A stretch of 64,000 nucleotides of DNA from Planctomycetota bacterium (GCA_046290465.1 JBKAGP010000001.1:224001-288000), one strand, 5' to 3'; shown: positions 44,231-53,407, counted from the stretch's first letter. The notes: generated by a model not told the origin, from the sequence alone. Program-made: numbers and translations.

Positions 44231-45019
44231 TCAGTTGCCGTCGCCTGCGGGCTTCGGCGTCGGTATTGGCAGCGGCGTCGTCGTTGGCTGCAGGGTCGTC
44301 GGCTGCAGGGTCGTCGGCTTCTGCTGCGCCGGCTGGCCGTCGACCGGCTTCATCACCGAGATGCCGTCGTTGCGGTACTTGGGCGCGAGGTCGGTCGGGT
44401 ACTTGCGCGGCACCGCGAGCAGTTCGCGCACGCGGTCGACGCCGGCGAACACGTAGTAGCGGCCGGCGGCCGGGCCCGCGTCGACGGTGGCGATGCCGGC
44501 GATCAGGCCGGCGAACATCGACTCGCCCTTGGGGCCGCGGCACAGCAGCGTCGCGCCGCCCGGCAGGTCGGTGCCCGGGTCGCGCAGCAGGTCGCCGGCG
44601 AGGCCCTTGCCGCGCGCGAGGTCGACGGCCACGGTGCGCACCGACGTGCCGTCCTCGGTCCACATGACCCACAGGTCGTCGTCGGCGGTGGGGCTGTGAT
44701 CGAGTGCGCGCGCCATCTGCGTCTTGAGGTCGATCTCGGCGCGCACGAAGCGCGGGCTGACCGGCTGCAGCGCGCCACTCTCGATCACCGGCGTCGGGCC
44801 GAGGAAGTAGTGCACGCGGCACGGCCCGTCGGTCGCGGTGCTGCCGAGCGACAAGACGCCGAACTCGGTCGCCGCTCCGTACTCGACGCCGCCGGTGGTC
44901 TCGAGCAGCACCACCGGGCGGGTGCGGTCGATCCAGTGCTCGCCCGAGAAGAACCAGGCCGAGCAGCTCGACAGCAGCGCCGTCAGCAGGAGCAGGGGGG
45001 CCGCGACTTTGCAACGCAT
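44231..45019 (-). CDS. Hypothetical lipoprotein
   Basis: Lipobox LLSSC; Pro/Thr-rich tail with PTTLQ repeats. Confidence 0.7.
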   Translation of the reverse strand: MRCKVAAPLLLLTALLSSCSAWFFSGEHWIDRTRPVVLLETTGGVEYGAATEFGVLSLGSTATDGPCRVHYFLGPTPVIESGALQPVSPRFVRAEIDLKTQMARALDHSPTADDDLWVMWTEDGTSVRTVAVDLARGKGLAGDLLRDPGTDLPGGATLLCRGPKGESMFAGLIAGIATVDAGPAAGRYYVFAGVDRVRELLAVPRKYPTDLAPKYRNDGISVMKPVDGQPAQQKPTTLQPTTLQPTTTPLPIPTPKPAGDGN

Positions 45020-45045
45020 GGTGGAATCCTAGCAGCGCCGGGCGC

Positions 45046-46464
45046 TCAGTCGACCTGCAACCGTTCGCGGTCCTGGGACGAGCGCAGCCGCAGCACGAAC
45101 ATCAGGCCGATGGCGACCGTGAACAGGCCGATCGCCAGACCCCACCAGAGCCCGGCCGGACCCATGTCGAGTCCGAATGCCAGCGCCGAGCCGAGGGTCA
45201 GGCCGAGCAGCCAGAAGCCGATGACGTTGGCGATCACCGCCGAACGCATGTCGCCCATGCCGCGCAGGCAGCCGACCGCGACCACCTGCAGGCCGTCGCC
45301 GATCTGGAACACGCCGGCGATCGGGATCAGCGTCGCCGCGACCGCGATCATCGGTTCGTGTTCGGCGAGCACCGAGGCCAGCTGCGTCGGCAGCAGCAGG
45401 AACAGCAGCATGAACGCGGTCATCGCCGCGGCGGCGGCGCACAGCGCGACGAACACCGAGCGCCGCACGGCCTCGGGATCGCGGCGACCGACCGCCCAGC
45501 CGACCCGCACCGATGCGGCGATGCCGAGGCCGAGCGGCACCATGAAGCTCAGCGATGCCAGCATCATCGTGATCTGGTGGCCGCCGAGCAGCCGGCCCGA
45601 GCCGTCGGCGCCCGGCTGCGTCTCGAGGAAGCCGACCAGCAGGCCGACCGCGCCGAACGCGCCCCACTCGAGGGCGAACTGCAGGCCGATCGGCGAGCCG
45701 AGCTTGAGCATGCGCCACAGCGGCCCGACCGCGAACGCGCGGGCGCGCACGGTCGCGTCGCGCAGCCGCGCGAGCTGTGGGCCGAGGTCGCGCCAGCCGA
45801 ACGCGACCAGCCCGAACAACATCAGCCAGCGGCACACGACGGTGGTCAGGCCGGCGCCGGTCGCGCCCATCTCCGGCAGGCCGAACGCGCCGAAGATGAA
45901 CACGTAGTCGAGCGCGAAGTTGGCGACGTTGCCGGCGACGATCGTCAGCACCTGCGGCATCAGCCGGGCGTGCGCCGACAGCAGGCTGCGCAGCGCCGCA
46001 TACCACAGGAACGGCAGGATCCCGATCGTCTGCAGCCGCGCGTAGCTGGCCGCCTCGGGGATCAGTTCGGGCGGCTGCTGCAGCAGTTCGAGCCAGGTCG
46101 CCGCCGGCAGCAGCACCACCGCGGTCGGCACCGAGAGCAGCAGGCCGAGCAGTAGCGTGCGGCCGAGCAGCCGCGGCACCGCTTCCTGGTCGCGGGCCCC
46201 GACCGCCTGCGACAGCAGCGGGTCGGCGGCGGTGACCGCGCCCATGCAGAACACCATGGTGCCGAAGCTCAGCAGGTTGCCGAGCGTCATCGCCGGCAGC
46301 GAACTCTCGTCGTGCCGGCCGAGCAGCGCGACGTCGACGAAGTTCATCGCGGTCATGCCGAACTGCACGAACGCGATCGGCACGCCGAGCCGCATCAGCT
46401 GCCGCATCTCGTCCCAGAACGTGCGGCTGGGCTGCTGGCTCTCGTGCTGCGGTCGTGGCTCCAT
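45046..46464 (-). CDS. MATE efflux transporter (NorM-like)
   Basis: MNFVDVALLG, LGSPIG..LEWGAF, RVGWAVG, FQIGDGLQ..GCLRG. Confidence 0.92.
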   Translation of the reverse strand: MEPRPQHESQQPSRTFWDEMRQLMRLGVPIAFVQFGMTAMNFVDVALLGRHDESSLPAMTLGNLLSFGTMVFCMGAVTAADPLLSQAVGARDQEAVPRLLGRTLLLGLLLSVPTAVVLLPAATWLELLQQPPELIPEAASYARLQTIGILPFLWYAALRSLLSAHARLMPQVLTIVAGNVANFALDYVFIFGAFGLPEMGATGAGLTTVVCRWLMLFGLVAFGWRDLGPQLARLRDATVRARAFAVGPLWRMLKLGSPIGLQFALEWGAFGAVGLLVGFLETQPGADGSGRLLGGHQITMMLASLSFMVPLGLGIAASVRVGWAVGRRDPEAVRRSVFVALCAAAAAMTAFMLLFLLLPTQLASVLAEHEPMIAVAATLIPIAGVFQIGDGLQVVAVGCLRGMGDMRSAVIANVIGFWLLGLTLGSALAFGLDMGPAGLWWGLAIGLFTVAIGLMFVLRLRSSQDRERLQVD

Positions 46465-46526
46465 CGGCGCATCGCGCGAAGGCGCGGCGCAGCACTTTGG
46501 CCGCAGCCGGATCGGAAGCAAGTGGC

Positions 46527-46652
46527 TGTGGGAAGTCGTGTGGAAGCGGGATGTGGAGAGCTCCTAACCAGCTGTCGGTCTGCCCGTTTGGCTGTTGGTT
46601 ACCTGTGGACAGTTGGCCGCGCTGTGGAATGTCGTGTGGAAAGTGTGCAGAG
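46527..46652. promoter_or_regulatory. Cluster of seven co-oriented DnaA-box-like 9-mers
   Basis: TGTGGGAAG 46527, TGTGGAAGC 46539, TGTGGAGAG 46552, TGTGGACAG 46604, TGTGGAATG 46623, TGTGGAAAG 46635, TGTGCAGAG 46644; reverse complements resemble TTWTNCACA. Confidence 0.6.
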
Positions 46653-46843
46653 CCGCCGAGCGTCGCCGTGCCGCGTCTGGAGGGCGTCTGGCGCGGGGTT
46701 CGCGGGCCAGCCCGGGCGCCGCCGCCGCGGCCGAAGCGCGGCGCGGCCGGGGTGCGCGCGCCGCGGGCGCGCAGCCGATCGTGCGTCGGGATCCGCCGTC
46801 GGCCATTCCCTGGTGTTCGGGTTTTGTTAGGTTCTCGTTCGCC

Positions 46844-48100
46844 ATGGAACGACGCATCCTGCACGTCGACATCGACGCCTTCCTCGCCTCCGTCGAGCAG
46901 CTCCGCGACCCTGCCGTGATGGGCCGGCCGGTCGCGGTCGGGACCGGAGTGGTGGCGTCGCGCTCGTACGAGGCCAAGCGGCGTGGCGTGGAGACGGCGA
47001 TGCCGCTGCACGAGGCGATGCGGCGGTGCCCGGAGCTGATCGTGCGGCCCGGCGATGCGCGGCTGGTCGAGCGCTACCGGCAGAAGGTCGCCGAGGTGCT
47101 GCGGCAGTTCTCGCCGGTGGTCGAGGTCTGTTCGCTCGACGACTTCTACGCCGACCTGACCGGCGTGCCGATGGTCGTCGAACAGGTGCTCGAGGACCCG
47201 ACCGGCGTGGCGGGCGAACGTTCGCTGGTGGCGCTGGCGCGCGAGATCCGGCGGCGGGTGCGCGCCGAGACCGGACTGTCGGTCGCGCAGGGGCTCGGCA
47301 GCACGCGCACGGTCGCGCGGCTGGCGACCACCAGGGCCAAGCCCGGCGGCATCTGCGAGGTGCCGAACGGCCGCGAGCGCGACTTCCTCGGCGACTTCCC
47401 GATCGAGCTGGTGCCGGGGCTCGGGCCGAAGAGCCAGCAGCTGCTGCAGAAGGTCGGGATCGAGAACGTGCGGCAGCTGTGGACCGTCGACCGCGAGCTG
47501 CTGCGGCAGAGCTTCGGCAAGCGCGGCGACGACGTCTGGCTGCGCTGCCGCGGCCTCGACGAAGAGCCGGTGAAGGAGACGCCGACGATGCGCAGCATCT
47601 CGCGCGAGTCGTCGTTCGAGCCGCGGCACGACGCGCAGTCGCAGCAGCGGCCGTTCTTGCGCGGCATGCTCGCCTACCTGCTCGACCGCGCCGCGACCGA
47701 ACTGCGCCAGCAGCAGCTGCTGGCGCGCACCGTGCAGGTGCGGTTGCGCCACGTCGACGGCGTCGCCGGCGAACGTTCGCGTTCGCTGCGCGACGCGACC
47801 GACCGCACCGACCTGTGCATGGAGCTGGCGACCGCGCTGCTCGACGAACTGCTCGAGCGCCGCGTGCTGGTGCGGTTGGTCGGCGTCACGCTGACGTCGC
47901 TGCAGCCGCGCGGCCAACGCCAGGGCCAGCTGTTCGCCGCCGAGGACGACGCGCGGCAGAAGCTGTTCGCGGCGGTCGACCAGGTGCGCAAGCGGCACGG
48001 CTTCGGCGCGCTGGTGGTGGGGGCGGCCAGCGACCTGCTCGGCCAGCTGCCGCACGGCCGCCACGGCTTCCGGCTGCGCACGCCGTCGTTGACGAAGTGA
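46844..48100 (+). CDS. dinB: Y-family DNA polymerase IV
   Basis: HVDIDAFLASVE, SYEAK, SLDD, KPGG, VPGLG, SISRESSF, QGQLF clamp motif. Confidence 0.92.
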   Translation: MERRILHVDIDAFLASVEQLRDPAVMGRPVAVGTGVVASRSYEAKRRGVETAMPLHEAMRRCPELIVRPGDARLVERYRQKVAEVLRQFSPVVEVCSLDDFYADLTGVPMVVEQVLEDPTGVAGERSLVALAREIRRRVRAETGLSVAQGLGSTRTVARLATTRAKPGGICEVPNGRERDFLGDFPIELVPGLGPKSQQLLQKVGIENVRQLWTVDRELLRQSFGKRGDDVWLRCRGLDEEPVKETPTMRSISRESSFEPRHDAQSQQRPFLRGMLAYLLDRAATELRQQQLLARTVQVRLRHVDGVAGERSRSLRDATDRTDLCMELATALLDELLERRVLVRLVGVTLTSLQPRGQRQGQLFAAEDDARQKLFAAVDQVRKRHGFGALVVGAASDLLGQLPHGRHGFRLRTPSLTK

Positions 48101-48151
48101 GGTCGACCCGGCCGGCCGGCGGGTGAGCCCGACGACGGCTGGGCCGTCGCG

Positions 48152-50728
48152 CTACTGCACGACGACCGCGACGAAGCTGTGCGGGTGGTCGCTGATCAGC
48201 TTCTCGATGTGGCCCGCAGCCGCCAGGTTGCGCCGCTCGGACAGCGTGCGCAGGCCGGCAGCCAGGCGCTTGCCCGCCTGCAGCTCGTCGCGCAGCACCG
48301 GCGCCCACGCCTCGCTGCTCTCCGGCAGGTCGGACAGCAGGGTGTCGAACACTACTGCGCGGAACGGGTAGCCGTCCTCGCCGGTGCCGCTGTCGTCGCT
48401 GCCCTTCTGCACGCGGGCCAGGTAGGTCGACGCGGCGCGCGCGTGCGCGTCGAGCGCGACGAACGCGAGGAAGCACTCGCGGCTGCCGGCGGGTGCGCCG
48501 TCGACCTGGGCGCAGAGCTCCTGCCACTGTTCGACCAGCAGCGAGCCGTAGTCGAAGCTGCGGTCGCGCGGCCGGCGGCCGGTGGTCTTGGTCAGCAACT
48601 GGCGCTGCTCACGATCCCACTGCAGCACGCGCAGGCTCTCGTCGCCGAGCACCAGCTCGAGCTCGCCGTTGCTGCAGTGCTGCTCGAGCACCTTGGCGAA
48701 CAGGTCGGCGTGCGCCGCCCAGCCCTGCAGCGCCCGGGCACGTTCGGCGGCCTCGGCCTGCTCCAGGTCGGCGGCGAACGCCTGCAGCGCGCTGCCGACG
48801 CCGGCGAAGTCGAACGCGGCCAGCGCGCTGCGCACGCGGTCGGCCCGCAGCAGTTCGTCGTAGCTCTGCCAGACGCCGGCGCGACGCGCGGTCTTGAGGG
48901 CCGCCAGCGCGGCGTCGCCGGCCTCGATCTCCTGCTTGCTGGCGGCGAGCTCGTCGCCGACCTGCCGCGGCCAGCGCTGGTCCGGCTGCAGGCCCTGCCG
49001 CAACGCCTCGAGCGCGGTCGCGAGCGCCTGCTCGTCGTCGCCGGCGCGCGCGGCGACGACCGGATCGCGCAGCTCCTGCAGACGCTGGCGTGCCTTGTCG
49101 AGGATCTCGTCGCGCAGCTTGGCGACGCCGGCCGCGAGCTCGTCGTCCCCGGCGAGATCCTTCGGCGGCTCGACGTCGAGACCGCGCAGCGCAAGTTCGT
49201 AGTCGTTGGCGTCGAGCGGCGTCACCGTGCCGCTGCGCAGCTTGGCGACGTGCTCGGCGATCTTGGCGCGGCGCTGTTGCAGCAGCTGTTCGCGCCGCGC
49301 GACGTCGCGGCGGATGTCGGCCGCGAGCCGGGTGGCGCGGTCGGCCGCGCCGGTGCCGACGTGCGCGCTGGCGACCCCGTCGAGCGCGACCGCGAGCTGC
49401 TCGTCCTCGGCGTCGCCGACCTGCACCTCGAGCAGCGCGATGGTCGCGTCCTTCTCGCGGGCCTGCGCCTCGAGCACCTGGATGCGATCGGCGAACTGCT
49501 GCTTCTCCGGATCGTCGTAGACGACCTTCTCGGTGATGATCTCCTTCTCCTTGGGCTTGGTCACCGCCCAGTAGATCGCGCCGCCGGCGACCACCACGGC
49601 CGCCGCCGCCAGCCCGATCCACAGGCCGCGCTTCTGCGGCGGCTGCAGCAGCGCCTCGAGCTCCTCCAGCAGTTCGTTGGCGGTCTGGTAGCGGTCGCCC
49701 GGATCCTTCGCCATCAGCCGCTGGATGATCGCGGCGACTTCCTGCGGCACGTCGGAGTTGGCCTTGTTGGCCGGTTCGGCCGGCTCCTTGACCTGCGCAC
49801 GCAGGATGTCCTTGACCGTCTGGCCGCGGAACGGCGTCTTGCCGGTGACCAGGCGATAGAACGTGCAGCCGAGCGCGTAGAGGTCGGTGCGGTGGTCGAG
49901 CGGCTGCTTGAGGACCTGCTCGGGCGCCATGAAGTGCGGCGTGCCGATCGCGCGGTCCTCCTGCTGGTCCGACGACGTGCTGGCCAGACCCAGGTCGGCG
50001 ATCTTGATCGCGCCGTGCTGGTCCAGCATCAGGTTGTCGGGCTTGATGTCGCGGTGCACGATGCCGAGCGACTCGGCGTAGGCGAGGCCGGCGGCGGCGT
50101 CGGCGACGACCTGCATGGCGCGGTCGACCGGCATCACGCCGTTCTGCTTGAGCCAGTCCTCGCAGGAGCCGTCGTGCATCAGCTCCATCGCGTAGTAGTA
50201 GAGGTCGCCGTCGTGTTCGACGTCGAACACCGACACGACGTTGGGGTGCTGCAGCTTGGCCGCCGCGCGCGCCTCGGCGACGAACTGCGACACGAACGCG
50301 GCGTCCTGGGTCTGCGCGCTGTTGAGCACCTTGAGCGCGACCTGGCGGTGCAGGCTGGTCTGCTCGGCGCGGTAGACCGTGCCCATGCCGCCCTTGCCGA
50401 GCACGTCGATCATCCGGTAGCCGGCGATCGTCGGCATGCTCTGGTCCTGCACGTCGCCGTAGGCCAGCCGGGTGGTGCCGATCTCGATGACGTCGCCGTC
50501 CTGCAGGCGGCTGGCCTGCACGTCGGCGCCGTTGACCCGCACCGGGCCGTTGGCCTTGATGCCGAAGCCTTCGCCCTTGAGCGCCTTGACGACCGCGTGC
50601 TGCTCGAGCACGCCGGCCTCCCGGATGCGCAGGGAGCACTGGTCGCCGCTGCCGAGCAGCGTCGGGATGTCGCGATCGAGCGGGACGGTGGTGCCGGCGA
50701 GCGGGCCGGTCTCGACAGTGAGTCGCAC
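48152..50728 (-). CDS. FHA-domain membrane Ser/Thr protein kinase
   Basis: FHA-like N-terminus (RLQDGDVIEIG), LGKGGMGTVY, VALK, HRDIKPDN, DLG, GTPHFMAPE; one TM then helical region. Confidence 0.92.
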   Translation of the reverse strand: MRLTVETGPLAGTTVPLDRDIPTLLGSGDQCSLRIREAGVLEQHAVVKALKGEGFGIKANGPVRVNGADVQASRLQDGDVIEIGTTRLAYGDVQDQSMPTIAGYRMIDVLGKGGMGTVYRAEQTSLHRQVALKVLNSAQTQDAAFVSQFVAEARAAAKLQHPNVVSVFDVEHDGDLYYYAMELMHDGSCEDWLKQNGVMPVDRAMQVVADAAAGLAYAESLGIVHRDIKPDNLMLDQHGAIKIADLGLASTSSDQQEDRAIGTPHFMAPEQVLKQPLDHRTDLYALGCTFYRLVTGKTPFRGQTVKDILRAQVKEPAEPANKANSDVPQEVAAIIQRLMAKDPGDRYQTANELLEELEALLQPPQKRGLWIGLAAAAVVVAGGAIYWAVTKPKEKEIITEKVVYDDPEKQQFADRIQVLEAQAREKDATIALLEVQVGDAEDEQLAVALDGVASAHVGTGAADRATRLAADIRRDVARREQLLQQRRAKIAEHVAKLRSGTVTPLDANDYELALRGLDVEPPKDLAGDDELAAGVAKLRDEILDKARQRLQELRDPVVAARAGDDEQALATALEALRQGLQPDQRWPRQVGDELAASKQEIEAGDAALAALKTARRAGVWQSYDELLRADRVRSALAAFDFAGVGSALQAFAADLEQAEAAERARALQGWAAHADLFAKVLEQHCSNGELELVLGDESLRVLQWDREQRQLLTKTTGRRPRDRSFDYGSLLVEQWQELCAQVDGAPAGSRECFLAFVALDAHARAASTYLARVQKGSDDSGTGEDGYPFRAVVFDTLLSDLPESSEAWAPVLRDELQAGKRLAAGLRTLSERRNLAAAGHIEKLISDHPHSFVAVVVQ

Positions 50729-50857
50729 GTGGCGGGGTCGGGTTCGGAGCAGAGGGGGCGCGACGAGTATCGCAGAGCCCGCGTCAGGTCGCGAGCGGCC
50801 TTTGCCAGCAATCCGCTACACTGCAGCTCCGCCCCTCGCTGCAACCGCACCTTCCCG

Positions 50858-52261
50858 ATGCTCCGATCCGTCGTCCGCCGCGCCTTCGCGGCCTCCCTGC
50901 TCTCCACGTTCACGCTGGCAACGGGTCTGCAGGCCCAGGATGCCAGCAGCCGGCCGGCGCTAGGCAAGGGCGCGACCGAGGCGCTGGTCGCGCGCTACGA
51001 GGCGGCCGAGCACTGGGTGCAGAAGGTCGTGGTGCTGCTGTCGCTCAACGGCTACTGGCACCCGTCCGCCGACCAGATGCTGATCTCGGCGATGTCGGAT
51101 CGCGACGCGCGGCTGCGTGCGTTCGGCCTGGAGGCGCTGCTGCGCGCCGACGATGCGCTGATGCCGATGGTCGCGACCACCGCGCTGCTCGACGAACTGA
51201 TCCAAAAGCAGGCCGGCGCGTCCAACAAGCACTACGCCGCGCGCGTGCAGGACGCGCTGGTGCGGCTCGCGCCCGACGCCGGCGCCAGCAAGAAGAGCGA
51301 ATGGGTGCGCTGGTGGCGTGAGCGCCGCGACGCCCACAAGCCGGTCGAGTGGGTCGAGAAGGCGCAGCCCGATGCCGGCGCCGGCGGCACCGCGGCCGCG
51401 GCCAACCGCGCCTTCGACCTCTACCAGTCGGGTCTCGACCTGATGCTGTGCATCGATTCGACCGGCAGCATGCAGCCGACCATCGACGCGGTCGCCGCGG
51501 CGCTCGGCGAGATGGTCGACATCCTCGACGGCATCTCGCCGAAGATGCGGCTCGGCATCGTGCACTACAAGGACGAGGGCGAGCTCGGCGACAGCGGCGC
51601 GAAGGTGATCCAGCCGCTCAACAAGAACATTAAGACCGCACGCAAGAAGCTCGAGAAGCTGCGCGCGTTCGGCGGCGGTGACCTGCCGGAGGCCGTGCTC
51701 GGTGGCCTCGACCTGGCGCTGCACAAGAAGATGAAGTGGAAGGACGACGCCAACAAGCTGGTGATCGTCATCGGCGACGCGCCGCCGCACCCGCGCCACG
51801 CCGACACGCTGGTCGAGCTCGCCAAGGACGCGTTCGAACGACCGGGCTCGCACGGCGTCGGCAACAAGAAGCCGACCACCGGCAAGCGCAAGCTGACGCC
51901 GTTCTTGACGTCGACGATGGGCGTGTTCGTCAAGCCGGGCCCCGGCATCCAGGTCGCCGCCCAGTTCGTGCAGGCGCAGAAGCAGATGCGCAAGGACTTC
52001 GAGGCCGTCGCGAAGGCCGGCGGCGGCGTCTTCGTCGAGATCGAGTTCGTCGTCGACAGCGTGCGGCCGAAGACCTCGAAGGAGAAGCGCGAGGAGAAGG
52101 AGAAGCGCGAGGAGAAGGAGAAGGGCGCGTTCGAGAACGAGGCGACCCGCAAGGTCGTCGAACACATCCTGGTGCTGTCGTTCGGTGAGCGCTTCCGCGT
52201 CGAGATGCGCGACTTCGTGCGGATCTTCTACGAGTACAAGAAGGCCGAGTTGATCAAGTAG
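50858..52261 (+). CDS. Secreted HEAT + VWA domain protein
   Basis: Signal peptide ending LQAQ; MIDAS DSTGSM, GGGDLPE, IGDAPPH. Confidence 0.85.
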   Translation: MLRSVVRRAFAASLLSTFTLATGLQAQDASSRPALGKGATEALVARYEAAEHWVQKVVVLLSLNGYWHPSADQMLISAMSDRDARLRAFGLEALLRADDALMPMVATTALLDELIQKQAGASNKHYAARVQDALVRLAPDAGASKKSEWVRWWRERRDAHKPVEWVEKAQPDAGAGGTAAAANRAFDLYQSGLDLMLCIDSTGSMQPTIDAVAAALGEMVDILDGISPKMRLGIVHYKDEGELGDSGAKVIQPLNKNIKTARKKLEKLRAFGGGDLPEAVLGGLDLALHKKMKWKDDANKLVIVIGDAPPHPRHADTLVELAKDAFERPGSHGVGNKKPTTGKRKLTPFLTSTMGVFVKPGPGIQVAAQFVQAQKQMRKDFEAVAKAGGGVFVEIEFVVDSVRPKTSKEKREEKEKREEKEKGAFENEATRKVVEHILVLSFGERFRVEMRDFVRIFYEYKKAELIK

Positions 52262-52276
52262 GCCGGCGTGCAACCA

Positions 52277-52364
52277 CCGCATACCGAACCCGGTTCATCC
52301 TGCGCCACTTGTCGCGCGCATGCGCGCGACAAGTGGCGCAGCGTGAACCGGGTTCGGTATGCGG
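52277..52364. repeat. 88-nt near-perfect palindrome (REP/REPIN-like)
   Basis: 44-nt arms with no loop, centre 52320/52321, 2 non-complementary positions; right arm recurs at 12292-12323. Confidence 0.9.
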
Positions 52365-52507
52365 CACACGCGGCGTCGGTGGGTGTGTGCGCGTGGGCTT
52401 TGTGCGCTACGTTTGGTGGTGCATCACGCATCGCAGCCTGGATGTCTGGAGGTCGTTCGACTGGCGGCGGTTCCTCGCGTGGCGGTGGGGCAGCGCGAAG
52501 ACTGGTC

Positions 52508-53407
52508 ATGAGCAACGAACGGAACGAAGTCCGGGACCGCATCGTCGGCTGCATCGTCGCCGGCGCGCTCGGCGACGCCCATGGCGGCCCGTAGGAGAAC
52601 GGCACCGCGGCTGCGCCTGATCGTGCGCGCCGGATCTCCGACGACACCCAGTTGACGCTCGCGACCTGCGAGGCGATCGGTGCGGGTGGTCGGGTCGAGC
52701 CCGAGGACGTGGCCGCGCGGTTGCTGGCGTGGTTCCGCTCGGGGCGGCTGCGCGGGGTCGGTGCGAGCACGCTGCAGGCGTTGCGCGATCTCGATGCCGG
52801 GGCGCACTGGGCCGCTGCCGGTCGCGTCGGAGACCGCGCCGCCGGCAACGGTGCTGCGATGCGGATCGCGCCGTTGGCCTTCTGCCGGGAAGCATCGCCG
52901 CAGGCCGGCGCCGCGCTGCTGCGGGACGTCGGTTCGATCACGCATCGCAACGACGAGGCGATCGCGGGAGCCGGCGCCATCTTCCATGCGATCCGCTGCT
53001 GCTTCGAAGCGCGACGGGTCGTCGACGACCTCGCCGAGCGGGTCGCGTCTGCGTTGCCGGACACGCGCGTGCGCGATGCCCTGCAGGTTGCGGCCGGGTT
53101 GCCGGTTGCAGCATCGGTGCGCATCGCGGCCAGCGTGCTGGGGTGTTCGGGCTACGTCGTGGAGTCGGTGCCACTTGCCATCTTCGCGGCGCAGCGCGCC
53201 CACACGGCGGGCCTGCCGGAGGTCTTCGAGGAGATCAACGACACGCGTGGGGATACCGACACGATCGCGTCGATGGCTGGCCAGGTGTTCGGCGCGGGGG
53301 CCGGGCTGGCGGCTATTCCGATCGAACGGTTCGTCGAGGTCGACGGGATCGACGAGGTGATCGCCGTCGCCGAAGAGCTGGCGGCGAAGCTCGCCGCTCC
53401 GTCGTAG
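52508..53407 (+). pseudogene. ADP-ribosylglycohydrolase (DraG/ARH family) with in-frame TAG at codon 29
   Basis: GALGDAHGGP-TAG(52592-52594)-E, then SDDTQL, GNGAAMRIAP, ITH and GDTDT in the same frame. Confidence 0.82.

Noticed and set aside
52277..52364. Palindrome as an integron attC site (ACCGAAC...GTTCGGT)
   Set aside because: The stem is symmetric with no extrahelical bases or unpaired spacer, pairing extends beyond the putative R boxes, and there is no integrase or cassette array.
52440..52500. GTTCGACT as a tRNA T-arm
   Set aside because: No cloverleaf, acceptor stem or CCA could be built around it.
52592..52594. Genome-wide TAG recoding
   Set aside because: TAG ends many intact genes at expected lengths here (gap, pgk, trkA, pstA, iscA).
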